A stretch of 64,000 nt of DNA from an uncultured delta proteobacterium (GCA_963745035.1 CAVUVW010000013.1:800001-864000), one strand, 5' to 3'; numbered from the stretch's first letter, positions 24,301 to 35,754 are shown. The notes: a model not told the origin generated them from the letters alone. A program made the numbers and translations.

Positions 24301-27300
24301 AGATCGATCTTCGTCAGCGCCAACTGCGCCTCGGCAAGAATTTGCTGCATAGGCTCGCCGTCGCTCTCGACGATGGCCGTGCGCAGGGTTTCATGGCGTT
24401 GAACGAGTTGATTAAGCGCCCACTCAAGGGATGCGATGCTCAGCGGCCCGCGCAGCCGATATGCCGCCGGCATGTTGTAGGCGGTGAGCCCGGGGTCGAG
24501 CTTGTGCAGAAACCAGAGGCGCCGCTGCGCGAAGGAAAGCGGCGCGCGATCCGCCGGCGCGGCGCGCGTGATTTTCGGCAGCGCAATCCCGCGCCGGTCG
24601 CCCCGGCGCTTTTCGATTGCCCGCGCCAGAGCGGCAATGGTGCGCGCCTCGAAAAGCGTGCGCAGCGGCAACTCGGCGTCGAGCGCAGCGCGCAAACGCG
24701 CCGCCACGCGGGTGGCGAGCAGCGAGTGGCCGCCCAGATCAAAAAAGTCGTCAAATACGTCAATCCGCTCGATCTTGAGCACCGCGCGCCACGCCTGCGC
24801 GATCAGCTCTTCGAGTTCGCTCCGCGGCGCGACAAAATCCCTTGCTCGAGGATCGATCGGGTCGCCGGCGCGTGCGGCGAGCGCCCGCCGATCCACCTTG
24901 CCGTTGGCCGTGAGCGGCAGCGCTGCGAGCGCGACAAACGTCGGCGGCACCATGAACTCGGGCAGCTTGCCGCTAAGAAAATTCCGCAGCTCGGCGGCGG
25001 AAAGCGTTCCGTCCTTGGCCACGACGTAGGCGGCCAACTGCGCTTCTGAATTTGGATTTTCGATTTTGGATCCTTCGACAGGGCTCAGGATAGGCTTTCG
25101 CTCGCCGAATGCGGATGTCGGATCGGCGGATCGTCTCACGACGACGGCACACTCGCGGACCGCCGGATGGCGTGCGAGGACCGCTTCGATCTCGCCGAGC
25201 TCGATCCGGTAGCCGCGCATTTTGACTTGATCGTCGGCGCGCCCGAGATATTCGATCGTGCCGTCCGGATGGAAGCGAGCGCGATCGCCGGTGCGGTACA
25301 TGCGCGCGCCGCCGCGGCCGGCGAACGGATCGCGGAGAAATTTTTCCGCCGTCAGGCGCGGCTGCCGCAGGTAGCCCCGCGCCACGCCCGCGCCACCGAT
25401 GAAGATTTCTCCCGGCATGCCGATCGGCACCGGCTGCAGCGCGGCGTCGAGCACATACACTCGCGTGTTGGCGATCGGCCGGCCGATGGTTGCCGGCGCA
25501 TCCGCGCGCCGCAAGGCGCAGGTCGAATAGGTGGTTGTTTCCGTCGGTCCGTAAAGATCGTAAACCTTCTCGACGGTTCCGAGCGCATAAATTTGCCGGA
25601 CCAGCTCAGCCTTGAGCGGCTCCCCGGCCAGGTTGATGGTCCGGACCGAGCGCGGCAGGCCGCCGGCGGCCAGCAATGCGCTCATCGCCGACGGCACCGT
25701 GTTGATGAGCGTGATGTCGCTTCGTCCGGCGAGATCCGCGAGAGCGAGCGCGCTTTCGATTAAGATAACTTTGCCGCCGGCGCTCCACGGCGCGAACAAC
25801 TCGAAGATCGACAGGTCGAAGCAAATCGACGTCGAAGCCGCGACGCCGGCCAGCTCCACCGGCGAAAAGAAACTCTTTGTCCAATGCAAAAACGCAGCGG
25901 CGTTGCGATGTTCGATCGCCACGCCTTTGGGCTCGCCGGTCGAACCGGAAGTATAGATTACGTAGGCCAGGTTGCCGGAGCGCGCTTTGTTCGAAAGATT
26001 GTTGGAGCTTTCCTTGGCGATCCGCTTGCGCTCGGCGTCCAGACAGACGATCGCGCCGCGGCGATTGGAAAACTGAGAGCTAACGACTGACGACTCCTCC
26101 GCGCCGAGAAATTTCTCCCGCGTCAGCAGCACGCTCGCCTTCGAGTCTCCGAGCATGAAGGCGATGCGCTCGGGCGGATAGTTGGGATCGAGCGGCAGGT
26201 AGGCGCCGCCGGATTTGAGCACCGCGAGCAGCGCCACCGCCATCTCCAAAGAACGATCCAGGCAGACGGCGGCGATCTTTTCCGGTCCCAGGCCGCGCTT
26301 GCGCAGGAAGCGCGCGAGCCGATTGGCGCGGCGATTGAGCTCGCCATAGGTCAATCGCTTGCCGCCGCACTCCAGTGCCACGGCGCGCGGCGCGCGCGCG
26401 GCCTGCGCTTCGAACAGTTGATGCATGCAGCGGCGTGCCGGACCGCTCGCGCCGGCGCGATTCCATTCAATGAGTACCCGGCGCCGCTCGCCCTTCGCCA
26501 GCAGCGGAATTTTTGCCAGCGGCCGATCGGGCCGCGCCACGGCGCCGCGTAAAAAAACGATGAAATGACGCGCCATGCGCGCGATCGTCGGCCGCTCGAA
26601 AAGATCGGCGGCGTATTCGAAAAATCCGTCCACCCGCGAGCCATGCTCGCTGAGCGCGAGCGTGAGATCGAACTTCGCGGTGGCGCCGCCCGGATCAAGC
26701 GGTGTCACCCGCAGGCCCGGCGCGGCAAATTGTGCCGGCGCATAGTTCCGGTAGGCGAACATCACTTGAAACAGCGGATTGCGGCTCAGGTCGCGCTGGC
26801 GCTCGATCTCGTCGACCAGCCTGTCGAACGGCAAATCGCGATGGGCCAGCGCGCCCCGGCACTGCTCGCGAACCCGTCGGAGCAATGCGCGGAAAGTCGG
26901 ATCGCCCGACAGATCCGTCCGCAGCACCAGCGTATTGACGAACAGTCCGATGGCGCCGCCGGTGTCGCTGTCCCGGTTGGCCGCGGGAAAGCCGACGGAA
27001 ATATCTTCCTGCTCCGAATAGCGCCACAAAAGCGCGTTGAAAGCCGCCATGAAAACCATGAACGGCGTGGTGCCCTCTCTCCGTCCGAGCGCCTTCAGGC
27101 GCTCCACCAACGGCTTCGGGATGGACAACGGCAGGCGCCCGCCGCTAAAGCTTTGCAGCGCGGGCCGCGCACGATCGGTCTGTAGCGCGATGCCCGAGGC
27201 GCTGCCTTGCAGGCGCGCCCGCCAGTACGCGAGCTGTTCCTTCAGATCAGCTTTGCGTGAATCCTGCCGCTGCCGGCGCGCATAGTCGCGATATTGCATC

Positions 27301-27932
27301 GCCGGCGCAGGCAGCGGCGTTGCCTTGCCGAGGAGCGCGGCGCCATAGAGCGCCGCCAACTCACGCAGCAAGAGACTCATCGACCAGCCGTCGCAGATGA
27401 TCTGGTGCAGCACCAGGAGCAGCACGTGGTCGCGCGCGCCGAGCTGGAGCAAATGCGCCCGGATCAGCGGGCCGCGCCGGAGATCGAAGCGTTCTGCGCT
27501 GAGCTCGGCTAGCGCGCGGAGCATCTCGGCGCGCCGCTGCGCGCGCGCCGTGCCGCGCAGATCGATGATTGCCGGCTGCGTCGCGAGCCGCGACGCGACG
27601 CGCTGAACCGGCCGGTCCTCGATGCAGGGAAAAGTTGTGCGAAGAATTTCATGGCGCCGGGTGATTTCATCCAGGGCGCGCTCGAGCGCGGCGCGCTCGA
27701 GCTTGCCTCTCAGGCGCAGCGCCCGGGCGATGTGGTACACCGGATTGCCGGGGTCAAATTGGTCGAGAAACCACAGTCGCTCCTGCGCGAAAGAGAGCGG
27801 CGCATCGCGGGTGGACCTGCGCGCGGCGCGCAGCGGTGCCGCGGGCAGCTCGACGCCTTCATCACAGAGCAGGCGCGCCAGCAGCGCGCGCCGCGCCGGG
27901 TCCGGCGTGATTGCGGCGCTCGTTTCAGCCAT
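21302..27932 (-). CDS. NRPS 2: C-A-T-C-A-T (frameshift near 24040)
   Basis: Starts MAETSAAITPDP at 27932. C HQIICDG; A YTSGSTGEPKG, FDLSIFE, YGPTETTTYS; T GGHSL; C HHMICDG; A FTSGSTGEPKG, YGATETQRAV; T GGHSL; C-terminal REEIEL docking tail. Confidence 0.93.
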
Positions 27933-29854
27933 CGCTTGCCGGAGCTGTCGGTTGACGCAGCGCGGCTTGGACTTCGGCATTCGACAAACTTTCCACCCGC
28001 AGGAAAGCCGCGGCGATCTTCTCGGCTTGCCCGGGCTTGGCTTCGCCGGCGGCGATGAGCGCCGCCGTCCGCTCAATCGTCGGCGCCAGGCTCGGCAGCG
28101 GCCGGCGGAGCGGAAAGATCTCGTGGACGTGCGCGATAATTTGCGCGGCTTGCAGCGAATCACCGCCGAGCCCGGCGAAATCTTCGCGCACGCCGGGCGC
28201 TTGGATCTCGAGCGCTGCGGCCCAAAAGCGTACCAGAACTTTCTCGAGCGCGCTCCGCGGCCGAACCGTACGCCGCGATTTCGCGCGTTGTGCTTGTTGC
28301 GCTTCAAGCAGAGCACGCCGATCGATCTTTCCGCCGGCGCCGACCGGCAAACGGTCAAGGACGACGAACTCCGCCGGCACCATGTAGCCGGGCACGCGCG
28401 CGCGCAAATGCGCACGCCAGCGCGCTGGACTCGGCTGGCGATTTTTGCGCGGCGCCACGTACGCAACCAATCTGCCGTTGCCCGATCGGTCCACCCGGCT
28501 TACGACCGCGGCTTGTCCGATGCCGGGAATCGCATGCAGCGCCCGCTCCACCGCGGTCATCTCGATCCGGTGCCCGCGGATTTTGGTTTGAAAATCCTTA
28601 CGACCCACGTGAACCAGGCAGCCGTCGTCCAAAAAGTATCCGAGATCGCCGGTCAAATAGGTGCGCGCGCCGCGCGCCGGGATCGGATAAAAACTTGGCG
28701 CGCGTCAATTTTGGATCGCGCCAGTATCCCGCCGCGAGATGGGCGCTCCGCACCGCGATTTCGCCGGTCGCGCCCCGTTTGACGGGACGGCCGTCATCAT
28801 CGAGGATCGTTACCTCACTGCCCTCGAGCGGATAGCCTGCCGGAACCCGATCGCCACGAATCTCGGTGCGCTTGTCCATGAAATAGTAGGACACCGCCTG
28901 GGTTTCGCTGATGCTGTAGCGCGCGACGAACCGGCAGTGGTCGGGAAAATAGCGGCGGTAGAGCTCGACGTCGGTCTTGAAGATCGGCTCGCCGCCGATA
29001 TGGATCAGGCGCACTGAGGAGAAATTTTTTTTGGCGCTCATGCCCTGCACGGCGTGGCGAAAGATCGTCGCCACGCAGGTAAAAACACTGATCTCTTCGG
29101 CGCCAAGCCATCGCGCCAGCGATGAAAGTCCGGCACCGTCGCGATCGACGGCGATCAGCGCCGCGCCGTTGAGCAGCGCCAGAAACATGTCGCGGGCGGC
29201 GCCGACACTGTGGGCGCGGAGCAAGCTCACCCGGTCGCTCGCCGCGATCTTAAGGGCGTTGGTCTTGGCGCGAATGCCGAACAACTCGCTGCGATGGTTC
29301 CACATCACGCCCTTCGGCGCGCTGGTCGAGCCCGAGGTGAAATTGACGTACGCGAGCGCGTCCGGCGCAACCGGCAAGCGCGGATCGCCGGATGCCACGC
29401 CGACCTTTGCGGCATCGACGTCGATGGTCCGCGCCGATTTCCCGGTCAAGCGGCGCGCCAGGCCGGAATATTTCCGATCGGCCAGCATCACCGACGGTGC
29501 GATGCTGGCGAGAATTTCTTTTATCCGGGCAATCGGCGCTTGCCCGTCGAGCGGCGCAAAAGCTTTCCCGGCTTTGAGCGCTCCCAGGCTGGCGGCGATC
29601 GTCGCCGGCGCGGAGCTGCAAAGGATCACGACCGGCGCCGACGTCGCGGCGTTTTCCAGAATCGCATGGGCGACATGATTGGCCGCGCCGTTCAGCTCCC
29701 GGTACGTCAGCTCGATCTGGTTGTGTTTCACGGCGAGCCGGTCGGGGTGGATGCGCGCCTGCTGTTCGAAGCGCCCGGGGATCGTTTGGTTAGTGTCTTC
29801 GAGGCGAAACTCGGCGAATGAATTTTCAGCGGCGTGCGCCCGGTGATATTTCAT
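27925..29854 (-). CDS. NRPS 1: starter A-T didomain with C-terminal docking helix (frameshift near 28660)
   Basis: FTSGSTSAPKG, GGEP, GEIAVRS, TGDLG, GRKDFQTKIRGHRIE, GKIDR; T domain GGDSL; joined from ORFs 28598-29854 and 27925-28656. Confidence 0.9.
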
Positions 29855-29905
29855 TGGCCTCTAACTGCTCCGCTGCGCCGTTCCCGTGAATGCATCGCGC
29901 TCGGT

Positions 29906-32900
29906 TCACGCCGGCAGTTCCGCCAGCGCCGCCGCGGCGCGGCTTTGCCAGTGCGTCATTTCCATGGCGCGATAGCGCTCGATGGCCGCGGCGATCTCCG
30001 CGCGCGCCTGCGCCGTCGCGCCGCGCGCCGCTGCCACCGACGCCAGACCCATCCGGCAGTGCGCCGCCAGCGGCCCCATGTGGAGCTCGCTGCAACGCTC
30101 GAACGCTTCGCGATAGAGCGTCTCCGCCTGGTCGGCATTGGGCCGGCTTTGCTGCATCGAAATATCTCCCAGGACTTTCACCGCCCACGCCTCGTGGCCG
30201 CGCTCCTTGTGCTGTTGGGCAAGAGCGAGCGCCCGATTCGCGGCGTCGGCGGCTTCACTAAGCCGTCCGGCAAACAAGTAGCCTTCGGCCAGCGAAGCGG
30301 CGCTCAGCGCCACGAACGCCGCGCGGCCGGAGTTGAGCGATTCGCCGACGCCCTGCTCCAAATACGGCAGAGCTTCGGCGCTCCGGCCGGCATGGGAGTA
30401 GGCGCAACCCAACCGCGACGCGGTGAACGGCACGTAGACGCGGATATTGGCGGAGTGGCAAAGGGCGAGGCTGCGCTCCAGATGTGCGATCGCGGCATCG
30501 AACTCGCCCTGCAACAGGTACAGCATGCCGGCGCTGCACGTCATGTGAATCATGCTGGCGGCGTGGTCGGCTTCTGCGCCGATTTGCATGCCCTCGGCGG
30601 CGAGATCTTTTCCCTCGAAAAAGCGGCCCATCGCGGCCAGGCATTGGACCAGATGGCTGCGGCAAATCACCGACAGCACCGCGGCGGTGCCGAACCGTTC
30701 GTGGCGATGACCGGCGCCGAGCTGCCGCACGCCGCGCATCAACGCTTCGACCGCCAGCGCGTACTGGCCCGTCTTGTTGTAAGCCGCGCCCAGATAGTAG
30801 TTGGTCACGGTGCTCGAAGCGAGATCCGCCTGCACCGCGCCGAGCCGGAGCGCGCGCTGGCCGATCTGGATGGCGCGCTCCGGGTCGCCGGCCAGTCCGT
30901 AATAGCTGTTCAAAAAATTCAGCACCCGGGCGGTGCGCTGCTCGTCGCCGAGTTTTTCCGCCAGCGCCTCGGCGGCGAGCAAGTGCTCGGCCACCCGCGC
31001 CGAGTCGCCGAGCAAGAAAAGCACGTTACGCGCCTCTAGGTGAAGATCGATCTGGCACGCCAGCTTGGCCGGCGAGTCGGCCAGGTGCGAGGCCGCGGCC
31101 AATCCCCGCTCGTAGTCCGATAATGCTTCGAAGAACGCGGATCGCGACATGGCCTTGGCGCCCGCCAGCCGCGAATAGCGCACCGCCTGGTCCCAAAGCT
31201 CACCGCGGGAGGCGTGGTACGCCAGCGCCTCGCTGTGCTCGGCAGGAGGGTCGCTCGCGGTCTCCTCGAGGGCTCGGACGACGCTTGCGTGAATGGCGGT
31301 TCGGCGCTCGTGCAGCAGCGCGTTATAGACCACCTCGTTGGTAAGCGCGTGCTTGAACGTGTACTCCAGCTCGGGAAATAGATTGCTCTCGTACAGGAAC
31401 TCCGCCGCCTGCAGCTCGGCCAGGCACTCCGACAATTCCTCGTCTGCGACGCCGCTCACCGCTCGGAGCAGACCTAACGGTACGATCACGCCGATCACTG
31501 CGGCGGTTTGCAGGAGCTGTTTTTGCAGCGGCGGCAAACGATCGACGCGATCGGCCAAAACCGTGCGCACCGTGCCGGGGATGCGAATGTTGTCGATGGC
31601 GATCCCCGGCCGGTAGGCCCCCTTCGAGCCGGCGAGCGCGCCGGTCTCGGCCAAGGAGCGAACGATCTCCTCGATGAAGAACGGATTGCCGTCGGTGCGT
31701 TTGATCAGGAGTTCCCGCAGCGGCGCGATCTCTTCATGGCTTCCGAGCAGCGATTCGATGAGCTCATGGGCGCCGTCGGCGCTCAGCGGATTCACCTGAA
31801 GCCGGGTGTAGTACTCCTTGCTCTCCCAAGTATGCGTGTAGCCCGGCCGGTAATTCACCAGCAGCAGGATGCGCGAGGACGGCAGACTTTCGACGAGAAG
31901 ATCCAAGAATGTCTGCGTCTCGTCGTCGATCCAATGCAAGTCTTCGAAGATCGCCAGCAGCGGTTGGCGCCGGCTCTCGCACGCAAGCAGTTGGCGCAGC
32001 GCCGCGAACGTGCGTGTGCGCTTTTCCTGGGGCTCCAGATTGTGAAACCGGGCAATCGCGCGGCCGGTCTCCGCCTCGTCATTGTCCTCGCCCGTCGGCA
32101 GCGCATCGAGCAGCGTGAGCACCGGCGGGATTGCATCGCGCAAGGCTTCGTCCAGCGCCGATATCTGTTCGACGACCTTGTGCCGAATAACGGCGCCGTC
32201 TTCCGCCGCGGCGATGCCGAAATAGTTGCGCAGCAATTCGATCACGGGCAAAAAGGCCGTCGCCTTGCCGTAGGACACCGAATTGGCTTCGAGCACTCGG
32301 CACGTCGGCGGCCGATGCCGCTCGAGAAACTCGCGCACCAACCGCGACTTGCCCATGCCCGCCTCGCCGACCAATGCCAGGATACTGCCGCTTCCGGAAT
32401 CCGCTTGGGCGGCGAAACGTCGAAACACATCGATCTCGGCTTGTCTGCCGACGAACGTGGAAAGCCCGCGCGCCGCCGCCGCCTGCAAGCGGTTGCGCAC
32501 TCCCGTGGCGCCGAGCAGCTCGAAGGCCTCCACCTGGTTGGAAAATCCTTTGACCTGCACCGCGCCAAGCGGGCGGACCTCGACAAAGCCCTCCACCTCG
32601 CGCAAAGTGTCGGCGGTCAGCAGAATCGATCCCGCGCCCGCCAACGACTCCATGCGCGCCGCCATATGGGTGGTCTGGCCGAGCGCCGAGTAGTCGATAT
32701 TGAGATCGTTGGTGATCGAGCGCACGACCACTTCGCCGGAGTTGATGCCCACGCCGATCTTCAACGAGTCGTGTCCCGCTCCCGACTCTTCGGCGTAGCG
32801 CCGCATGTTTTCCTGCATCTTGAGAGCGGCATAGCAGGCGCGCACCGCATGATCTTCGTGCGTGAGGGGCGCGCCGAACAGCGCCATGATACCGTCGCCT

Positions 32901-33316
32901 AGTACCTGATTGACGGTGCCTTCGTAGTGATTCACCGCAGCCATCATGTTGTGAAGGATCGGATCGAAGTAACGGCGCACTTCCTCGGGATCGAGCTTTT
33001 CGATCACGCCGGTTGAGCCGCGGATATCCGCGAACAAGACCGTGACCTGTTTCCGCTCGCCTTCGATGAATCGCCGCGAAGCGAGAATTTTTTCCGCCAA
33101 ATATCGCGGCACCACCGCGCTCGCCGGACCGGCGTCGGCGGGCGCGCTCGGCGTCGCCGGCGCGTCGGCGAGCCGCTGGCCGCATTTCTTGCAAAATTTT
33201 GCATCCGCGCGGTTCGCGCTGTCGCAGCGCGGGCAGCGCGCCTCCAGCCGCGCGCCGCACTCGTCGCAAAAAGCCGAGTCGCCGGAATTCTCAGCTTGGC
33301 AGTGGGAACAGATCAT
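29906..33316 (-). CDS. Double zinc ribbon-class III nucleotidyl cyclase-AAA(STAND-like)-TPR protein
   Basis: CxxC ribbons; ERKQVTVLFADIRGST and GDGIMALFG cyclase motifs; FVGRQAE, GEAGMGKSRL Walker A, FEDLHWID Walker B, GNPFFIEE; TPR-like C-terminus. Confidence 0.93.
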   Translation of the reverse strand: MICSHCQAENSGDSAFCDECGARLEARCPRCDSANRADAKFCKKCGQRLADAPATPSAPADAGPASAVVPRYLAEKILASRRFIEGERKQVTVLFADIRGSTGVIEKLDPEEVRRYFDPILHNMMAAVNHYEGTVNQVLGDGIMALFGAPLTHEDHAVRACYAALKMQENMRRYAEESGAGHDSLKIGVGINSGEVVVRSITNDLNIDYSALGQTTHMAARMESLAGAGSILLTADTLREVEGFVEVRPLGAVQVKGFSNQVEAFELLGATGVRNRLQAAAARGLSTFVGRQAEIDVFRRFAAQADSGSGSILALVGEAGMGKSRLVREFLERHRPPTCRVLEANSVSYGKATAFLPVIELLRNYFGIAAAEDGAVIRHKVVEQISALDEALRDAIPPVLTLLDALPTGEDNDEAETGRAIARFHNLEPQEKRTRTFAALRQLLACESRRQPLLAIFEDLHWIDDETQTFLDLLVESLPSSRILLLVNYRPGYTHTWESKEYYTRLQVNPLSADGAHELIESLLGSHEEIAPLRELLIKRTDGNPFFIEEIVRSLAETGALAGSKGAYRPGIAIDNIRIPGTVRTVLADRVDRLPPLQKQLLQTAAVIGVIVPLGLLRAVSGVADEELSECLAELQAAEFLYESNLFPELEYTFKHALTNEVVYNALLHERRTAIHASVVRALEETASDPPAEHSEALAYHASRGELWDQAVRYSRLAGAKAMSRSAFFEALSDYERGLAAASHLADSPAKLACQIDLHLEARNVLFLLGDSARVAEHLLAAEALAEKLGDEQRTARVLNFLNSYYGLAGDPERAIQIGQRALRLGAVQADLASSTVTNYYLGAAYNKTGQYALAVEALMRGVRQLGAGHRHERFGTAAVLSVICRSHLVQCLAAMGRFFEGKDLAAEGMQIGAEADHAASMIHMTCSAGMLYLLQGEFDAAIAHLERSLALCHSANIRVYVPFTASRLGCAYSHAGRSAEALPYLEQGVGESLNSGRAAFVALSAASLAEGYLFAGRLSEAADAANRALALAQQHKERGHEAWAVKVLGDISMQQSRPNADQAETLYREAFERCSELHMGPLAAHCRMGLASVAAARGATAQARAEIAAAIERYRAMEMTHWQSRAAAALAELPA

Positions 33317-33510
33317 TGAAGCTTATTTGAAATATAAAACGATGCGCACCGGTTTCGACCGCAGGATACATTACGAAAGAACGTTAAGACAAGTAACCGC
33401 AAGCCGATGTCGGGAAAAGTTTATCAGGAGAAAGAAGATCGAACGAGGACCGCGAGCAGAGTCATGCCGGAGTACCCCTTCAATCCTCCATTACTCCAAA
33501 AGCTGACTCA

Positions 33511-35727
33511 CTACATCGTCAACTTCCGATACAACTGCGGCAACCGGCGCGGTAACAAACTTACGTCGGCCAAGACTTCGTAGCTGAAGTCGTCCATCAT
33601 CTTGCGCAAATAGTCGTTGCCTTCCTTGTCGACGGTCAGACAAAACGGATGAATGCCCTCGCGCCGCGCTTCGATGAGCGCCATCCGGGTGTCCTGCACG
33701 GCGTAGTCTTTTTCGGAGCTTTCCTGGGAATAGCCACGATCCTGCGGGCGACCGTCGCTGATCAGGAACAGAAACTTCGCGCGCGACTGTTCCTGGCGGA
33801 GCTTCGTCGTCGTGTGCCGGATCGCCGGTCCCATGCGGGTGGCATGCAGCGGACCGATGCGGCCGAAGCGTTGAGCGACCTCCGCCCCGAAATCTTCATT
33901 CAGGTCCTTGATGACGTAGAATTCCACGTTGTCGCGTCCGTGACCCGAGAAACCGTAAACGCCGTAGCGGTCGCCGATGGCCTCCAACGCGTCCGACATC
34001 AAAACGATCGCCTCTTTTTCGACGTCGATGATCCGCCGCAGGGTTCGCTCGAACGCGGTTCCGTCTGGCGTGCCGAACGATTCCGGCGGCTGGGCGATCG
34101 CTTCGCCGGTGGACCCGCTCATGTCGAGGAGAAACGCCACCGCGACGTCGCGGTCGATCTTGTGCTGCCGCCAGAAAATTTTCTCCGACGGCGTCTTACC
34201 GACGCGTAGGTCGGTGAGCGCTTCGATCGCCGCATCGAGATCGTGCTCCGCGCCGTCCGGCAAGCGCTTTTCTTTTCGATAAAGCTCCGGCATCACCTGC
34301 TCGAACTCGCCGCGAATTTGCTTGAGCAGGCCGCGCCGGTTAAGCAACGTGTCCTTATAAAAATCCAGATCGCCCGGCAGCATGACCCTTTCGTAGACTT
34401 TGCACCACGACCGGCGAAATTTGTTTTCGAACGCGCTCCACTCGTCGTAGACGAACGTATTGGGCTGGCTCGCCGAGAGCGGGCCGCTGTCGTCTTCCGC
34501 CTGCCCCGACGGCCGCCGCGCTACGCTTTGCATCCGCGGATCGCGCCGGTCGAGCTCGCGCAAGAGATTTTGCGCCATCTGGCTGGTTTGCGGATCCTGC
34601 TCTTCGCCTTCTTCGTCCGAATCCCGGCGCTTGGGAGTCCTTTGACTGCGCAGCAAATCGGCCAACTCCTCGGCGGTCAGAGATTTGCGCTGCTCTCGGG
34701 AATTTGCCTCGGGCCGCGACAACAACTGCGCCAGCTCCGGCCTGAAGTCGCCGCGATAGTCTATCCCCTGCGGCGAAAGATACTCCCGCTCCCGCCCCGC
34801 AAGGGATGGCAGCGCGCCATCCTCGCTCAGCGATTCAGCGTTACCGATGGAGCGCTTGGAATCCCTCTCCCGACTTGAACGTTTTGAACGGTTTGAACGA
34901 TCTAAATTGCCATAGAATTTCTCAAAGCCGGTTTCGTCAAGATGATCGTTTTGGACCTTCGCCAAGCGGCTGTAAAGCCGCAAGGTGGCTTCCGCCGCGT
35001 CCTCCACCGTGGCATCCGGCTCGGCGAGCAACCGCATGATCGCGCCGATTGCCCCGGCCACGGTCCGGTGCGCCGATGGAATCTTCATTCCGCGTCCTTG
35101 CCCCAGGCTTAGCCGCACGGCGAATTCGAGCAGCGCTTCGCGCGCCGGCAACAAAGTCATCTCCGGGCGGAGCTGCAGCGCGCGACGGCGCATTTCCTCA
35201 TAAGCCTTCGCGATCCCGCGGTACTCGTGCATGACGCGCGCTTCGACTCGGCTGCTTTCCACAATGGAGAAAATGTCCAATGCGAGGCGTTTGTTCGGAA
35301 ACAGCCTGAAAAAACGCGTCAGCTCCGTCACGCTCGGACGCTCTTGATGACCCTCATGGCCGTGATCGTGGTCGTGGTAATCCGGCGGCTCCTTGACCTC
35401 TGGCCGAAGGTCGTCGAGCTTCGCCGCCGGACGGCCGAACTCGAACGCGAAGCTGCCGAATTCGATATGGCCGGCCTGCTGCGTGAGCATAACCTTGAGA
35501 AAATCAAAGTTGTCAGCCTGCGCGTTGAAGCGCTCGATCACTGGCGGCAGAAATATCGCCGCGCCGTCACTGGTCGCGACGTCGTTCTTCGACCAGCCGA
35601 TGTTTTTATCGACGAGCTGCTTCAGATCTTGAAGATCGACGTTTCGCTCCGTCAGCGCATGGCAATAAAAGCGCAGCATGTCGCGGATCGGCGCAAGCTC
35701 AATGGCAGGAGATTCAGTGGATGGCAT
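33511..35727 (-). CDS. CbbO/NorD-like von Willebrand factor A protein
   Basis: FVYDEW, C-terminal vWA with LLDMSGS MIDAS motif, DVEKEA, YGFSG, TRMGPAIRH, LISDGRPQD, YAVQDT. Confidence 0.9.
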   Translation of the reverse strand: MPSTESPAIELAPIRDMLRFYCHALTERNVDLQDLKQLVDKNIGWSKNDVATSDGAAIFLPPVIERFNAQADNFDFLKVMLTQQAGHIEFGSFAFEFGRPAAKLDDLRPEVKEPPDYHDHDHGHEGHQERPSVTELTRFFRLFPNKRLALDIFSIVESSRVEARVMHEYRGIAKAYEEMRRRALQLRPEMTLLPAREALLEFAVRLSLGQGRGMKIPSAHRTVAGAIGAIMRLLAEPDATVEDAAEATLRLYSRLAKVQNDHLDETGFEKFYGNLDRSNRSKRSSRERDSKRSIGNAESLSEDGALPSLAGREREYLSPQGIDYRGDFRPELAQLLSRPEANSREQRKSLTAEELADLLRSQRTPKRRDSDEEGEEQDPQTSQMAQNLLRELDRRDPRMQSVARRPSGQAEDDSGPLSASQPNTFVYDEWSAFENKFRRSWCKVYERVMLPGDLDFYKDTLLNRRGLLKQIRGEFEQVMPELYRKEKRLPDGAEHDLDAAIEALTDLRVGKTPSEKIFWRQHKIDRDVAVAFLLDMSGSTGEAIAQPPESFGTPDGTAFERTLRRIIDVEKEAIVLMSDALEAIGDRYGVYGFSGHGRDNVEFYVIKDLNEDFGAEVAQRFGRIGPLHATRMGPAIRHTTTKLRQEQSRAKFLFLISDGRPQDRGYSQESSEKDYAVQDTRMALIEARREGIHPFCLTVDKEGNDYLRKMMDDFSYEVLADVSLLPRRLPQLYRKLTM

Positions 35728-35754
35728 CGCCTGAATGAAACAGAGAATTCGATT

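Noticed and set aside
23994-28466. 178-aa N-terminal extension of NRPS 2 in the ORF track
   Set aside because: It overlaps the real A-T end of NRPS 1 in another frame; the plausible start is ATG 27932.
29855-29870. Second sigma-54-like motif TGGCCTCTAACTGC
   Set aside because: GG-to-GC spacing is 9 rather than 10 and it is on the wrong strand for the NRPS genes.
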